Source of the DNA: Tubiluchus corallicola
Lineage: Eukaryota > Animalia > Priapulida
Direction of reading: 5' to 3'
Length of the DNA: 64,000 bases
Assembly: GCA_030141605.1 (NCBI GenBank)
Contig: JAQGDQ010000034.1
Location: 558,001-622,000 of the forward strand
Every line of letters starts with the position of its first letter. The stretch's first letter is position 1. This document shows positions 61,416 to 64,000 of the stretch, in pieces. The position numbers were made by a program, and so were the translations under genes. The notes beneath the pieces are model-generated. The model saw only the letters and a list, made by a program, of their open reading frames with translations, searched no databases and had not been told where the DNA came from.

Positions 61416-62361
61416 CTTAATTTCAAAACATATAGATTAAATAGATTAGTCTCTCTGTACATTATAAAAACAACGAGGCCTTTAGTGGATTTTCCATATA
61501 CTTTTAATTTATTTTTATGTATTCATGTGTTCGTGTATTTGTTTATTTATTTACTTATTTATGGATCTGTTTGGTTGAAAGATTAAGTAACTGTCGATAC
61601 TTCAGCCACAAAACTCAAGAAGAATACATCACTAATTAAAACTCACTGCTTTGATTCCTTTGACCAAATGTAATTGAAATCACAGCTTGATATGACAAGA
61701 GACAAGCCCTCGTCATTAGCTAATTACGTTAAAATGAGACAAAAACCATCTTCATTAAATTCAAATGCCATTAGAAGTAAGTTGGAACCTAATTTGACAG
61801 AACACAGCACATGCAGCAAAACAACTGTAGGCCTATACATGTAGTTGTGTAGCTTTACCAAACACCCAGAGTATCCATGTCCATGCCTCGTCTGTTTTGA
61901 ACAAAACAATTGTGGAGAAAACGTAACCACTAGGTCTTTAAGGCAGCTTATTTAGGCAAAACACTGGTTGTTGTCTTCAATAACAAGGACGCCAGTAAGA
62001 AATTATTCAGGAAGTTGAACATCTGTTGGGATATTTTACACCATTAGAAAAAGCTCTAGGCGCTTGCATTCCAGCGTTCATAAAGCTCCTTGGCGAGGCT
62101 TCCTGCATCTGATATTCCAGCAAGTGAACATGAGCGCTGAGTGATAAATTGTGGAGTGGGAGGTAAATTCTTTCAGTAGAGGTTACACTGACTGTAGAAT
62201 CAAAACCGAGTTTTTTATAGCAATGATGTCTGTGACCTGCACTAGGAGCTTTTAGAGAGTGAATCAATATGTCAAATTTAGTAAGAATGTTCTGAAAAAT
62301 TGTGAGATAACCAAGATTCGAACTCAGAACATTGTGACTTCACGCCGTTTCCACTCAAATC

Positions 62362-62655
62362 ACCTGTGTATCGAAATAGCCTTGTATCCAAAGTACGGAC
62401 CTTGCGCCCAAATGACCTATGTGTCCAAATGTCTTGTGTCCAAATTACCAGTGTATCGAAATAGCCTTGTATCCAAAGTCCCTTGTGTCCAAATGTTTTG
62501 TGTACAAATTATCAATGTGTCGAAATGTCTTTGTATCCAAAGTCCCTTTTGTCCAAATGACTTGTGTCCAAAGTACCTTGTGTCCAAATGACCTATGTGT
62601 CCAAATGTCTTGAGGCGGAGCGTCCTGTATCCAAATGTCTGAGTCGAAATGTTCT
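62362..62655 (+). repeat. Minisatellite-like array of ~15-20-bp TGT(G/A)TCCAAATG units (probable MITE subterminal repeats)
   Basis: More than a dozen tgtccaaa/tatccaaa/tcgaaat motifs, with a duplicated block tgtatcgaaatagccttgtatccaaagt. Confidence 0.85.
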
Positions 62656-62859
62656 GCACACCATCTGCTCACATTAATATTAAATCAAGTAGGATGGACT
62701 AAGATTTTCATCTGTGAAACTCTGTGATAACAACAGGGAAGCAGATCCTAGTTTGCTCTATACACCTGCGTGGAGAATAGCTGCTTTTTGAGTAGCAAGA
62801 AGCCTGGATGAAGGGCAGTAAAAGAGCGAATGAAGGCTTCACAAAGGCAAACAGATAAT

Positions 62860-63190
62860 AAGGAAGAACTGAATGAGAAAAAAAGGAGAAAGACAAACGG
62901 CAATTGGTAGGGGAATTAGAAACAGATAGAGAGGGCAAGGAGAAAATGCAAACTTGAATGAGTGAAGAATCCACAAAATCAGAGAGAAAACAAAGAAGGA
63001 AAAGGGAAAAGGAAAATGAGAGATATGATATGGGACTAGAAACAGATAGAATGGCAAAAAGGCAAAGGGAAACAGTAAAGACAACTTGAAGTTCACAAAA
63101 TCAAAGAGGAAATGTAACGAAAACGAAAAGGAGTAAGATAAAAGACAAAACAAGTGAAATTAGAAACAGAGAGAAGGGCAAAAAACAAGT
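62860..63190. repeat. Purine-rich low-complexity tract
   Basis: A/G-dominated + strand with recurrent tagaaacaga(t/g)aga. Confidence 0.7.
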
Positions 63191-64000
63191 GGCAGGACAT
63201 TTACTTTTCGTTCATTTCAAGTCGGTTTGATTGACGGTAGTCAAAGCTGTGTTAGTTCATACAACTATAAGAACTGTGTTTCTGTCACAAGTATAACAGT
63301 GCGAACTCAACTCTGCAACCTAATTATTTCATTTTGCAGCTGCCGCAAACGTGAGCTTCTTGTACGCTGACAAAGCTACTATATATATACACTGTAAACT
63401 TCAGAATTTCTTGTATCAATCCGCGGCAGACATAGCCCTGTCGTTTTTGAAACAGTCTTGCTGAATGCATTGATTAAATGTACAGCAACGCAACCCTAGA
63501 GTGCTCATCTGTCAAGCCGTTTCAATAATAAACCGATGGGATTTCCATTAAAAGTGCTTAACAACAGACAGCAAAATTTAACATTTATTTGTATTGGCTA
63601 AACTCACAGCGACAATGTAGCGAGCAAAACACGACAGGAATACGGAATTTTAAAATCGATCTGTCCAAAGGAATGTGTCGCATGCTGAATTGCTGATGTC
63701 AGCAGTCACGTTTTCTAAATTTTCATTAATATACTTCAACGTCAGCTGACTAAATGAGCTACGAAATAATTTTAGCGCTAAATTAGCATCAGCTTAAAAA
63801 TACAGCAACGATATACAACTACATAGTTGATTTTAAAAGCAAAATTCAATGTGGAAGTCTGAAGTTAACGATTTAAAAGTTTCATGGGTCTGGATCTTTT
63901 CTGATGGAAAAATGCAAAAAATGAGTTGGTACTTTTCCGGAAATGGTGCTGACAAGCTGCGGGCACTGTGCAAGCTCCATGATTTTTTGGACTACTTCAT

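Noticed and set aside
62362-62655. CRISPR-like or repeat-protein array
   Set aside because: Eukaryotic context, no unique spacers, irregular 15-20-bp units, and ORFs open on both strands; typical of MITE subrepeats.

Overview
AT-rich, repeat-laden eukaryotic (invertebrate animal, probably protostome) genomic DNA; no prokaryotic features. Most of the window is one minus-strand gene for a three-KH-domain poly(rC)-binding protein (PCBP/hnRNP E family, Drosophila mub-like). I reconstructed it by hand as 11 coding exons from ATG 55515 to TAG 9532. All introns are GT-AG and phase-compatible (1302 nt, 433 aa), including 24-nt and 33-nt micro-exons and a 27.3-kb intron. A Gly/Tyr-rich secreted-protein-like exon with an internal amber stop lies at 427-669. 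The introns carry a cluster of 5S-rRNA-headed SINE copies with (CAA)n tails, a decayed RTE-type LINE, tRNA-derived SINE or retrozyme-like relics, several MITEs, a higher-order TTAGGG-like array and many microsatellites. Best leads: (1) the 5S-derived SINE family; (2) a mub-like alternative terminal exon whose acceptor reads AA rather than AG; (3) twin UGCAUG-preceded acceptors that could form a poison/cassette switch ahead of KH3; (4) a telomere-like array that is C-rich on the PCBP pre-mRNA and could be an autoregulatory site. Nearly all ORFs in the supplied track are spurious.
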